NCBI GenBank assembly: GCA_024402715.1
Contig: JAKSTF010000001.1
Span: 6,757 to 70,756 of the forward strand
From: Alphaproteobacteria bacterium
GTDB lineage: Bacteria; Pseudomonadota; Alphaproteobacteria; Rs-D84
Direction: 5' to 3'
DNA: 64,000 bases
The notes beneath the pieces are model-generated. The model saw only the letters and a program-made list of their open reading frames with translations. It searched no databases and had not been told where the DNA came from. The number at the start of each line of letters is the position of its first letter. Position 1 is the first letter of the stretch. The position numbers and the translations under genes are program-made. This document shows positions 11,198 to 20,584 of the stretch, in pieces.

Positions 11198-12259
11198 ATG
11201 TTCAGAATTAGTATTTTAAACAAATTTTTATTACGCCGTTTTTTATCTGGTGTCGGATTGGTAATATTTGTTGTTGGTGGTATTATATTGGCCGTAACGT
11301 TTGTTGAACGATTGCCATCAAATCCAACTGCACTTGACGCATTGCTTGAATCATGGATGCGTTTATTGGAATATATACCGATGTTTTTACCACCGGCAAT
11401 ATTTATGGGCACGCTATTGGCGTCATATAATATGATAAAATCTAGTGAAAGCGTCATTATTTCAAGTGCTGGGCGTTCACCGTATCAAATAGCACGTCCA
11501 TTTTTTGTTGGTGCGGCATTAATTGGTATATTTACAACAACAGTACTGAATCCATATGCTGTTAGCATGAACGCCAAAAAGATAACATCTTCACACTTAA
11601 AATTGGTTGATAATTCAATATGGTTGCGCGAAACTGGTGATAAAAATTATATAACAATGAACGCAAGTGGTGGATTAAGTCATATTGGGGATGCATTAGT
11701 ATTTAATGATGTAACCATTTATATTCAAGATGAAAATTTTAAAATTACAGAACGTGTTAATGCTGCAAATGTATCGTTAACACAATCCGGCTTACAGACG
11801 TCAAACGCAAGCGTATGGGGGACAGATGGTATTATACACAGACGTAATTGGCAATTTAAAACGCATTTAACCCCACAAACCGTATTGGACAGATATCTGC
11901 AGCCAGACCAAATATCGTTTTGGAAATTACCGGGGTTTATACACAAAATGCAATCTGTTGGTGTCATTGTCCGGGGGCATCAGGTTCAATTTTGGACCCT
12001 GCTGTTTTTGCCACTAACGATGATTGCAATGACCGTTTTGGGCGTTGCGTTTTCTCAAACACGGCAACGCAGAAATTATAATTTTGGTGCAAAATTTGCA
12101 CTGGGGGTATTAACATGTTTTGCATTGTATTTTATTGTAAATATGTTTAATGCATTGGGTGCAACGGGGGCTTTACCACCAATATTGGCAATTGTAGCAC
12201 CATCATTAATAATTATTGCCGCGTCTGGTATATATATTGCAAGTTTTGATACAGTATAA
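11198..12259 (+). CDS. LptF/LptG family LPS export permease
   Basis: 3+3 TM layout, SESVIISSAGRS motif, periplasmic beta-jellyroll region; start moved to ATG 11198. Confidence 0.85.
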   Translation: MFRISILNKFLLRRFLSGVGLVIFVVGGIILAVTFVERLPSNPTALDALLESWMRLLEYIPMFLPPAIFMGTLLASYNMIKSSESVIISSAGRSPYQIARPFFVGAALIGIFTTTVLNPYAVSMNAKKITSSHLKLVDNSIWLRETGDKNYITMNASGGLSHIGDALVFNDVTIYIQDENFKITERVNAANVSLTQSGLQTSNASVWGTDGIIHRRNWQFKTHLTPQTVLDRYLQPDQISFWKLPGFIHKMQSVGVIVRGHQVQFWTLLFLPLTMIAMTVLGVAFSQTRQRRNYNFGAKFALGVLTCFALYFIVNMFNALGATGALPPILAIVAPSLIIIAASGIYIASFDTV

Positions 12260-12415
12260 ATAAAATATGGGGGAATAAATTATGCCATTACGTAACAGAA
12301 AAAAAGAATCCATACGGAATAATATAATTATTTGGTCTGTTATTGCCATATTAGTTATATTGATGATTATATCATTTCCAGTGACACAAAATGTAACAGA
12401 AATCGTTTTATACCC

Positions 12416-13285
12416 ATGAATTATATAGACATTTTTTTAGAGGCATTATCTGCAGAACGCGGCCGTAGTAAAAAAACATTGGAATGTTATGCGGCCGATT
12501 TAAATGCGGCCAACCTGGCCTTATCAGGTGGATTAATGAATGCATCTGATTCAGATATACAATCATATTTATCTGATTTAAACGAGGCCCCGACATCAAT
12601 CGCACGTAAGGCCAGTACACTGCGCGGATTTTATAAATTTTTGATGTTGGAAAAAATTATTACACGAAATCCTGCGGCAAATTTAGAATTACCAAAGCAT
12701 GGGCGTAATTTACCAAAATACCTGTCACCAAAGGAAATCGAAGATTTAATATCTGCAGCTGGTGATACAAAAAACAGTACGCGACTGCGTGCAATGTTAG
12801 AATTAACATACGCATCAGGCTTACGTGTGTCAGAGCTGTGCGAATTGCAATGTTCTGCGATTTTGGGTAACAAATTATTAATTCATGGCAAAGGGGCCAA
12901 AGAACGTTTTGTTCCAATGCACGATGGTGCACAAACCGCATTAGAAAAATGGATGCGATGCCGTGGGGAAACAGATTCAAAATTTGTTTTTCCATCAAAT
13001 AGCCAAAGTGGCCATATAACACGCGATGGGTTCTTTAAAATTTTAAAAAAATGTGCTGTATTATCTGGCATTTCCCCTGATCGGGTCAGTCCACACGTAT
13101 TACGTCATTCGTTTGCATCACATTTATTGGCCGGGGGGGCCAATCTGCGTGCCATCCAAACAATGTTAGGACACGAAGATATTTCGACTACACAAATTTA
13201 TACACACGTTTTGCCTGAACAATTACGTGAGACAATGCAGAACCATCACCCATTGGGAAATAAATCAAAGGCAGATAATAAATGA
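12416..13285 (+). CDS. xerD: Tyrosine recombinase XerD-like
   Basis: YASGLRVSEL, HGKGAKER, SPHVLRHSFASHLL, LGHEDISTTQIYTHV; start moved to ATG 12416. Confidence 0.85.
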   Translation: MNYIDIFLEALSAERGRSKKTLECYAADLNAANLALSGGLMNASDSDIQSYLSDLNEAPTSIARKASTLRGFYKFLMLEKIITRNPAANLELPKHGRNLPKYLSPKEIEDLISAAGDTKNSTRLRAMLELTYASGLRVSELCELQCSAILGNKLLIHGKGAKERFVPMHDGAQTALEKWMRCRGETDSKFVFPSNSQSGHITRDGFFKILKKCAVLSGISPDRVSPHVLRHSFASHLLAGGANLRAIQTMLGHEDISTTQIYTHVLPEQLRETMQNHHPLGNKSKADNK

Positions 13286-13785
13286 TACGGAAATGTGATC
13301 ACCCGGGTTGTACTAAGGCCGGCACATGTCGTGCCCCAAAATCACGTGATTTACGTGAATATTGGATGTTTTGTAAAGAACACGCGGCCGAATATAATAA
13401 AAATTGGAATTATTATGCAGATATGAGTCCCGAAGAAATCGAAGCAGATTGGGAACGTCAAACATTTGGTGCTGCATTAAAGGATAAAGAACAGGCCAAT
13501 AAAGAGCAAACCGATTACGTAAATTTTTTAAATGATTTTATTACTGGCCGCGATACATTTGATAAAATGCCCGCCAAACGTAGTTTACCCGGCCCTGTAT
13601 CCAGCGCATTTCGTTTGTTTGGCCTGTCAATTACTGCAACATGGCGTGAAATATCGGCTAAATATAGAGTATTAGCCAAACAATATCATCCAGATACGGC
13701 AATAAATAAAGAATCAGCAACAACAGAATTTGCAAAAATTACCGCGGCATATGAAACATTAAAAAAACATTTTGGTAAAAAATAA
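13282..13785 (+). CDS. J-domain protein with N-terminal Cys/His motif (alphaproteobacterial type)
   Basis: CDHPGC..RAPKSR..FCKEHAAEYNKNWNYY; C-terminal HPD J-domain. Confidence 0.88.
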   Translation: MIRKCDHPGCTKAGTCRAPKSRDLREYWMFCKEHAAEYNKNWNYYADMSPEEIEADWERQTFGAALKDKEQANKEQTDYVNFLNDFITGRDTFDKMPAKRSLPGPVSSAFRLFGLSITATWREISAKYRVLAKQYHPDTAINKESATTEFAKITAAYETLKKHFGKK

Positions 13786-13791
13786 TCTGTT

Positions 13792-15000
13792 TTACCTTTC
13801 GTGATTTTGTTTTGCCGTTATATCAGCATGACAATCATGACACAACATTAAACAATTATCTATGGTTGTTTCACCGCCATCTGAAAAAGCGACTTTATGA
13901 TGTGCCTCTAATTCTTTGATATCAAATTCACGTCCACACCTGCCCCCACATTTTTTGTTTTGGTTTTGATATGCCGCACGTTGTTGTTTTTCTGTAAACA
14001 CACGATGCCAAATTAGTGTTCTGTCACCAGATAAAACGTATTCATAGAATCCTGCTTTTTTTAAGCCATCAGGATCAATATCATACAATTCAAATAACCT
14101 TAACAATTCTTTTTCCAGTGCATCTGTATCGTAATTTTTATTATGATATTTATTATACAAAATTCCCCACGATAGACCTCGCATTTCTTTTCTGTACACT
14201 GGGAACGTTTGTTTTACCCATGATATAACCGATTTATAATAATTTATCAATTCATCGGCATTATCATCCGCCCTGTGTTTTGCCATATAATATTTTATTT
14301 CTGGGTATTCGGTTTTATCTGTATCAATTATCCACTGTAATACCAATTCCAACAAAGCCTGTCGATTGGCATCTTCACCATTTATTGATAATAAACTATG
14401 TTTGATATCATTATCATAAAAGGCAAAATTGATAGCCGGATTATTTGTTTTTTTAGAAAAATAACCTTTCGCATCTGTTAACCATACCCCAGTATAATCG
14501 GCATTTAATAATTCCTGTTCCTCCATTATTTTTCCCGCAATATTTATTGTGTGAAACCAATCAAGTTTTTCATCATCCGTACCATCACAAACATATATTT
14601 GCAATTTATAATCATCCAAAATCTGTTTTTGTTTTTCCGGCGATAAATTTTCAAATGTTTGTGTGCGTTTTCCATCAAAATTGATAGCAATCGGATTACC
14701 ATACCCATCATTATTCGTTATAAACTGACACATTGATATCGTGCGTTGTTGGCCATCAATTATTTCAAATGTTCCATCTGGATTTTTTGCCCAATACATA
14801 ACATTCAATGGTAAATTATCATATACAGACCGCATTACCCTGTCCCGATCGGTTGGTTCATAAACAAACGCCCGTTGATAAGCCGGCCGCACATTTAATT
14901 TTCCCCCAAACGCAACAACGCCATTTTCGCCATTATCACAATATCCATTTACCAAATCACGCAAAGTTAAATTATTTAACAAAGTTGCCTTCATAACCAT
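13792..15000 (-). CDS. DUF262 (GmrS/ParB-like) plus C-terminal HNH endonuclease
   Basis: PAYQRAFVY, EIIDGQQRT, FHTIN motifs; C-terminal CxxxC..EAHH..GGET..NCLMLCHDCH; RBS AAGGA before ATG 15000. Confidence 0.88.
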   Translation of the reverse strand: MVMKATLLNNLTLRDLVNGYCDNGENGVVAFGGKLNVRPAYQRAFVYEPTDRDRVMRSVYDNLPLNVMYWAKNPDGTFEIIDGQQRTISMCQFITNNDGYGNPIAINFDGKRTQTFENLSPEKQKQILDDYKLQIYVCDGTDDEKLDWFHTINIAGKIMEEQELLNADYTGVWLTDAKGYFSKKTNNPAINFAFYDNDIKHSLLSINGEDANRQALLELVLQWIIDTDKTEYPEIKYYMAKHRADDNADELINYYKSVISWVKQTFPVYRKEMRGLSWGILYNKYHNKNYDTDALEKELLRLFELYDIDPDGLKKAGFYEYVLSGDRTLIWHRVFTEKQQRAAYQNQNKKCGGRCGREFDIKELEAHHKVAFSDGGETTIDNCLMLCHDCHADITAKQNHER

Positions 15001-15020
15001 TTTTGTTTCCTTTTTATTTA

Positions 15021-15086
15021 TATCACTGTACACAGTGATAGCCATTTCACTGTATTTAATCTTTATTATCACTGTGGGGTTCACTG
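15021..15086. repeat. Cluster of five TCACTG hexamers including a perfect 9-bp inverted repeat
   Basis: TCACTG at 15023, 15047, 15069 and 15081; CAGTGA at 15033; TATCACTGT-ac-ACAGTGATA at 15021-15040. Confidence 0.85.
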
Positions 15087-16045
15087 CTAGAATTCTTTTT
15101 TCTACGAATTAGAATTCTATTATACGGGCAACTACTAATACCATTTACCGTAATAGATAAATCTGTTCTGCCACGATAATTTTTTATTATTCCTAATTCT
15201 TTAGCTGTATCTCCTGTTCCCATGCCAACAATTTCAAATTGTTCTGGATTATGCCTATCCAAAAATGTAATTGGCACCCCCATAACACCATAATAATCCA
15301 TTGGTACATCAGATGTTTTTGAAACATTTATTGCATCATAATTATCATATTTTGGATATTGATCTTCAAAACCATAATACTTTTTACCGGTCTCTATAAA
15401 TTCACTTCTCTTTGTTGTTGATAAATTTGTAAACCATCGTGTCAAACCATTAACCTTTTTTGTGATTTCATTATTATAAATAAAATTACATGGGGAATTA
15501 TACCCAAGCCAAATTTTATTATTTTTTATAAGTGGAAAAACTTCTTTATACGCAATAGCATTTTTATTACCAATAATTAAAAAATCCTTATCATATTCAA
15601 TTAACTGTGCAACATATTCACGAAATAATGAAAATGGCGGATTTGTTATTACAATATCGGCACTTTTTAATAATTCAATACATTCGGGGCTGCGAAAATC
15701 ACCGTTGCCACGCAATGGTTGTTCCATGATATCTTCACTGCATATAATTCCATCACCGGTATTGTCTTTGTCCAAAACATACATTGTTGATTTACCATCA
15801 CGCTCATAATGTGTGGCAATTACACGTTTTATACCAAACGATTCAAAATTATCGGCAAAATATTTTATAAAATTTGACTTTGGTGTCCCCATACCAATAC
15901 CAAAATGATCATCACAGTTGCAATAAATAACCTTACCTCGAAAATATTTTGCATAGTGATTTAATTCTTTTTCTATTTCATCATAACACGTGTAGAATTC
16001 ATCATCTTTCGCTTCTTTTGCGTGAAGCATAGTATGCTTTGCCAT
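15056..16045 (-). CDS. Adenine-specific DNA methyltransferase, EcoRI-methylase family
   Basis: AKDDEFYT, KVIYCNCDD, GDFRSPEC, DIVITNPPFSLFREY, MGVPITFLD. Confidence 0.92.
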   Translation of the reverse strand: MAKHTMLHAKEAKDDEFYTCYDEIEKELNHYAKYFRGKVIYCNCDDHFGIGMGTPKSNFIKYFADNFESFGIKRVIATHYERDGKSTMYVLDKDNTGDGIICSEDIMEQPLRGNGDFRSPECIELLKSADIVITNPPFSLFREYVAQLIEYDKDFLIIGNKNAIAYKEVFPLIKNNKIWLGYNSPCNFIYNNEITKKVNGLTRWFTNLSTTKRSEFIETGKKYYGFEDQYPKYDNYDAINVSKTSDVPMDYYGVMGVPITFLDRHNPEQFEIVGMGTGDTAKELGIIKNYRGRTDLSITVNGISSCPYNRILIRRKKNSSSEPHSDNKD

Positions 16046-16064
16046 TACATAAATCCTGATTTAT

Positions 16065-16292
16065 AAAAAAAATTAACCGCCAATCAGGAATGGCGGTCGG
16101 GGTGTTAGAAAAATCAGTTTATCAATGACCCCATTGGTCTTTGGGTAAACCCTGAACATACACCAACGGCACCCCGACCATATAATCGGGATTATAACGG
16201 TGCGAAAATACACCGAATTTTCGGATTACGATGCTTTCGCACCAGATAAACAGGACTTTTCTAAGGTCCCGAACCCAATTCCCATTGGATTC
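16065..16292 (-). ncRNA. Structured 5' leader RNA, copy 1 (C4/CI-like antisense attenuator candidate) ending in an intrinsic terminator
   Basis: Homologous to 51284-51502 with covarying stems; GGGA-tetraloop hairpin at the 5' end; terminator ACCGCCA..TGGCGGT followed by a U-tract just before the MTase RBS. Confidence 0.8.
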
Positions 16293-16299
16293 AATGTTT

Positions 16300-16308
16300 A
16301 GTATACCA
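16300..16308 (-). promoter_or_regulatory. Extended -10 promoter element (TGGTATACT) for leader copy 1
   Basis: TGnTATACT lies 7 nt upstream of the conserved GAATCC start; same spacing as in copy 2. Confidence 0.5.
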
Positions 16309-16329
16309 TAAAAATGCAGATTATAAATC

Positions 16330-16360
16330 AAAAAAATCCCCCTGTATTATTGGGGGATTT
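16330..16360 (-). terminator. Intrinsic terminator after trxB
   Basis: AAATCCCC..GGGGATTT stem followed by a U-tract on the minus strand. Confidence 0.7.
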
Positions 16361-16375
16361 ATTATGCATTTTTTA

Positions 16376-17284
16376 TTATGATCGTGAATTTAAATATGCA
16401 ATTGCATCCATTGCCGCCGTACATCCCGTTCCAACCGCGGTTGCAATTTGCATTTTTATGTCACTGTGAACATCGCCCGCAACAAACATGCCCTTTGGCA
16501 TTACAGATGGCGCCAAACGTCCCATATTATCACGTACAACATCTTCGGTTAAATAATCGGTGTTCGCTTCGTGTCCAATTGCAACAAATATTCCATCTGC
16601 AATAATTTTTTGTTCGTCCAATGTTGTGGCAACCAATCTGTCGTCATCTGTTTTTTCAACAGATTTTAAATCGGTATTAAACAAACATTCGATATTTTCA
16701 CGTTCAGCAACCCGTTGACGTAATACAGCCTCGGCACGGGTAAACGATCCTTTGCGGTAAACAATTTTTACATTTTTCGCAACATCTGCTAAATATAACG
16801 CATCATTTAACGCAGAATTTCCCCCACCCATAACAATTACATCTTTGCCATAGTAAAAGAAACCATCACACGTTGCACAATATGAAACGCCATGTCCCAC
16901 TAATTCACGGGCACCTGTAATGTCCAATTTACGCGGTGACGCCCCTGTTGCAATAATAACCGTATTACCAACATATCGATTACCATCATCACACATAACA
17001 CTAAAGCCACCATCGGCATCACCGCTGATTGATTTAGCGGAAACAAATTTAATTTCAGCCCCAAACGATTCCGCCTGAGATTTCATAAACTCTGCCAATT
17101 CAGAACCGCTGCCACGGAAACCAGGATAATTTTCCAATTTTGCAATTCCTGCCATTTGACCGCCAAGAACGGTTCCACCTAAAACAATCGTACTTTTACC
17201 ACCACGTGCACAATACAATGCCGCTGTTAAGCCTGCAGGGCCACTGCCCAAAATTATGACATCGTATATATTAACGTCGCTCAT
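16376..17284 (-). CDS. trxB: Thioredoxin-disulfide reductase
   Basis: GSGPAGLTAALY, GVSYCATCDG, GGGNSA, FVAGDV. Confidence 0.93.
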   Translation of the reverse strand: MSDVNIYDVIILGSGPAGLTAALYCARGGKSTIVLGGTVLGGQMAGIAKLENYPGFRGSGSELAEFMKSQAESFGAEIKFVSAKSISGDADGGFSVMCDDGNRYVGNTVIIATGASPRKLDITGARELVGHGVSYCATCDGFFYYGKDVIVMGGGNSALNDALYLADVAKNVKIVYRKGSFTRAEAVLRQRVAERENIECLFNTDLKSVEKTDDDRLVATTLDEQKIIADGIFVAIGHEANTDYLTEDVVRDNMGRLAPSVMPKGMFVAGDVHSDIKMQIATAVGTGCTAAMDAIAYLNSRS

Positions 17285-17536
17285 ATTAAATCCTTTGTTG
17301 TTCAAATTAACACACAATTACCATAGCATAGTAACCCCACAATCGCAAACAATTTCGTATATTGACGAATATAGTACCTGTAACAATATTTTGGACACTT
17401 CAAATCATTTTTTATAAATTGTAAAAAAAATACATATCCACATTTTTTTTATTTTTATAATTGCAGTTTATAAACCAAGATATTAAACTATTAGAAAATA
17501 AATTTATTCACATAAAAATACAAACAGGATAATAAA

Positions 17537-18814
17537 ATGTTAGACATTAAGTTTATTCGTGAAAACCCAGATGTTGTAAAAAATGCATGCAAATTAAAAC
17601 ATTTTGATGATCACACCGATGAAATATTGGCATTGGATGCACGCGTACGTGAATTAAAAACAATTACACAGAATATGACGGCTGAAAAAAATAAAATTTC
17701 ACGTGAAATCGCAACTGCCATAGACAAAGCCCCATTAATCGCACGCAGCAAACAAATTGGCGAAGAAATTGCAGCAGACATGGCAGAATTAGCAGAAAAA
17801 GAATCCTTACTGAGTGATTTATTATTACGCACGCCACAAATACCAGACGCATCTGCACCGATTGGCGATGATGACAGTGCCAACGTTGAAATTCGCCGTA
17901 TTGGCACACCACGCACATTTGATTTCACCCCACGTCCACAATGGGATTTATTGGATATGAACAACTGGTGGATGCCGGAAAAAATTGGACGCATTTGTGG
18001 TGCACGTACATACGCATTAATGGGCGAAGCGGCAGAATTACAATTGGCAATCGAAACATATGTAATTCAAAAATTAATCAGCAAAGGATTTTGTTTTGTT
18101 GAATGTCCATCAATAACTAAACCCGAAACAATTTTTGCTGCTGGCCATTTTATGGGTTCTGATATGTCTGTTATGGATGGAGATGTATTCATGTTATCTG
18201 GCACCGACAGATGTTTGGCGGGGACGGCTGAAATAATTTTAAATTCCCTGCACAGTGGTGAAGTTCTGAATGAGAAAGATTTGCCTATTAAATATGCCGG
18301 ATTTTCCCCATGTTTCCGTAAAGAGGCCGGTGCCGCAGGTCGCGACACACGTGGTTTAATGCGCATTCATCAATTTAATAAGGTAGAACAATACATTTAT
18401 TGCACCCCGGAACAAAGTAATGATATGCACGAACATTTATTGAATAATTTGTGTGAAATTATGGAAGATTTGGAATTACCATATCGAGTATTAGCGAATT
18501 CAACGGGGGACATGGGATTTAATAAAGTAAAAATGAATGATGTTGAGGCATGGGTCCCCAGCGAAAACACATATCGTGAATTGGGTTCATGTTCATCCAT
18601 TGGACAATTTCAGGCCCGTCGCACAAACACAAGATATCGTGATGCAAATGGCAATATGCAATTCTGTGCAACGTTAAATAATACGGGTATTGCAATGCCA
18701 CGTGCATTAATCCCAGTTATTGAGAACCATCAAAATGCAGACGGTTCTGTTAATATTCCAAAAAAATTGCAACCACTGATGGGGGGACGCACGAAAATTG
18801 GTGGAAAACATTAA
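17537..18814 (+). CDS. serS: Serine--tRNA ligase
   Basis: MLDIKFIREN, coiled-coil arm, FRKEAGAAGRDTRGLMRIHQFNKVE, TLNNTG. Confidence 0.97.
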   Translation: MLDIKFIRENPDVVKNACKLKHFDDHTDEILALDARVRELKTITQNMTAEKNKISREIATAIDKAPLIARSKQIGEEIAADMAELAEKESLLSDLLLRTPQIPDASAPIGDDDSANVEIRRIGTPRTFDFTPRPQWDLLDMNNWWMPEKIGRICGARTYALMGEAAELQLAIETYVIQKLISKGFCFVECPSITKPETIFAAGHFMGSDMSVMDGDVFMLSGTDRCLAGTAEIILNSLHSGEVLNEKDLPIKYAGFSPCFRKEAGAAGRDTRGLMRIHQFNKVEQYIYCTPEQSNDMHEHLLNNLCEIMEDLELPYRVLANSTGDMGFNKVKMNDVEAWVPSENTYRELGSCSSIGQFQARRTNTRYRDANGNMQFCATLNNTGIAMPRALIPVIENHQNADGSVNIPKKLQPLMGGRTKIGGKH

Positions 18815-18837
18815 AAACGCCCAAATGGGCGTTTTTT
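18813..18837. terminator. Bidirectional terminator (C-AAAT-G loop family)
   Basis: AAAAACGCCC-AAAT-GGGCGTTTTT between convergent genes. Confidence 0.8.
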
Positions 18838-18862
18838 ATGTTACAAAAATCATGTGAAACAC

Positions 18863-19390
18863 TTATCGTAATTTTGCGGTCAATTTTTGGAACCAATTAT
18901 ATTTTTTAGCCTCTATAATATCAGCTAATTCTTTGATTTTATCTGCATCGCGATCGACGGCATAGGAAGACCTATCTGATTTTGATGTTATATTATAATT
19001 ATAATCAACAATCGCTTCACACAGTTTGCTGTATACTGGATAAAAATCTGGTGTTAATGTTAATGCATTTTCACAACAATTAACAACAATATTATCTGGA
19101 CCTTGAACAATCATATAAACACATTTCATATCTGAACGTTCTATGCCGTGCTTTTGTGCAAATTTTTCCGCCCGGTTACGCCATTGTTGTTCGGTTGCCC
19201 GACGTGAAAAATATGCATCCGGATGTGCAGCAACATCATGCATATAAACCAACGCACGACATACAGAAACATGTCTGTGCTCGTTTTTTAAATTTTTCCA
19301 ATTTTCTTTTGTTTGCTGTCGTGCAACAAGATACGAATTTTGTAAAGCTTGTTTAATTATATTCTCGACATTTTTAGTGCTATATATCAT
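18863..19390 (-). CDS. Hypothetical protein, orphan paralog family member 1
   Basis: Clear similarity to 20036-20584 (NWKNLK..HVSVCRALVYMHDVA). Confidence 0.75.
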   Translation of the reverse strand: MIYSTKNVENIIKQALQNSYLVARQQTKENWKNLKNEHRHVSVCRALVYMHDVAAHPDAYFSRRATEQQWRNRAEKFAQKHGIERSDMKCVYMIVQGPDNIVVNCCENALTLTPDFYPVYSKLCEAIVDYNYNITSKSDRSSYAVDRDADKIKELADIIEAKKYNWFQKLTAKLR

Positions 19391-19415
19391 TGTTATACAC
19401 CCCATGTTATTATTT

Positions 19416-19946
19416 TTATCGCTTTGGCATCTGTATCGCAAAAGAATAATCATGTATTATTTTTTTAAATATTTTTACAAATTCATCCTCATCCAGTAAT
19501 GACACCATTTTATTAATTTTCAGAATTTTATCCGCCCAAATATCACGATTATTTGTATCGTATATCCATACGTTGTTTTCAATATGTTTTGAAACATGCG
19601 TTAGTGCATCACTTAATTCATACAACATATTTGTACCATTATCAAATTTTTTTCCCATAACACCACGCAATAACCAACCAACAGTTTTACCGTTATGCGC
19701 AACCGTATTATCAATATTATTTTGGGTATACAAATATTTTTTCGGTTCTTTGATAATTCTTAATAAAAAATTATACGATATCATAGCCTGGTTATGATCA
19801 TATATATCATACAAAAAATCCTGATGTGATGTGTATCTTGATGCCTTTATACACATACTTTCCATTTTCAATACACGTTCACAATGCATCGCGTACTTTT
19901 TCAATAACTGTACAACCGTTGCATCCATATTTATTGATCTACCCAT
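19416..19946 (-). CDS. Hypothetical protein, possible divergent family member 2
   Basis: 176-aa ORF with weak matches to both neighbours (EPKKY; YELSDAL; ADKI). Confidence 0.65.
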   Translation of the reverse strand: MGRSINMDATVVQLLKKYAMHCERVLKMESMCIKASRYTSHQDFLYDIYDHNQAMISYNFLLRIIKEPKKYLYTQNNIDNTVAHNGKTVGWLLRGVMGKKFDNGTNMLYELSDALTHVSKHIENNVWIYDTNNRDIWADKILKINKMVSLLDEDEFVKIFKKIIHDYSFAIQMPKR

Positions 19947-20035
19947 TGTAAAATACCATTTTTATCGCCCTGAAAGTATAATACAATTTATTCAACTGTC
20001 AACTTCATAATAAAAGTAAATATTTTCCCACAAGT

Positions 20036-20584
20036 TTACCAATTTTTTGTACGATGCACATCAACAAGCATAGCAAATATATTTTTTTGTTTCATGTTAT
20101 GAATATGGCGTGAAATTTCTTTGATTTTTTTTGCCGTTGAAATCATATTTCGGTCTTCAAATTTTTCCACATGCCGCCAATCAACAATCGCATCCCATAA
20201 TTTTTCATATGCGAATACAAACAAGACACCACTATTTTTTACAGCACTTGATGCATAATTTGAAATAACCAGTCGCCCTGCTGGGAACAGACGACACAGG
20301 TTTTCAATATCTTTAACCCCACAATGAATTGCACATTCCAGAATCTTTTCTTGTTGTATTTTCATGCCGGCTAAATAGTATTTTTCTGGGGCTTTGGCCA
20401 TATCATGCATATTTACCAAACCACGACATACATTGACATGTTGTTTTATTGCCTTTAAATGCCGCCAATTCTTTTTTGCGTATTCACGTGTCAAAAAATA
20501 CGAATCCAACAACGCATGGCTAATATTATTTTCTGTTGTTTTTTTTAATTGTTTTATGTATTCACATGTTATTTCTTCTGACAT
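20036..20584 (-). CDS. Hypothetical protein, orphan paralog family member 3
   Basis: NWRHLK..HVNVCRGLVNMHDMA..PEKY..YEKLWDAIVD..AKKIKE. Confidence 0.75.
   Translation of the reverse strand: MSEEITCEYIKQLKKTTENNISHALLDSYFLTREYAKKNWRHLKAIKQHVNVCRGLVNMHDMAKAPEKYYLAGMKIQQEKILECAIHCGVKDIENLCRLFPAGRLVISNYASSAVKNSGVLFVFAYEKLWDAIVDWRHVEKFEDRNMISTAKKIKEISRHIHNMKQKNIFAMLVDVHRTKNW

Noticed and set aside
12416-13285. Integrase mobilising the adjacent MTase/HNH cassette
   Set aside because: Motifs and size fit housekeeping XerD, it is coupled to a conserved J-domain gene, and no att repeats were seen.
15090-15117. Two GAATTC sites near the end of the EcoRI-family MTase
   Set aside because: GAATTC is common in AT-rich DNA and occurs elsewhere in the window, and family membership does not fix specificity.
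16065-16292. Leader as a known SAM/SAH riboswitch, T-box, tRNA remnant or MITE
   Set aside because: No recognisable SAM-I/II/SAH or T-box consensus, no TTC T-loop or CCA, and no terminal inverted repeats with target duplication; an Rfam scan is still needed.
16122-16331. 69-aa ORF across leader copy 1, and short ORFs starting ATGGGAATTGG (MGIGFG..) or ATGGTCGGG (MVG..) in both leaders
   Set aside because: Peptide lengths and sequences differ between copies (19 vs 11 aa; 19 vs 9 aa) while base pairing is conserved, and there is no SD. A leader-peptide role is not fully excluded but is not supported.
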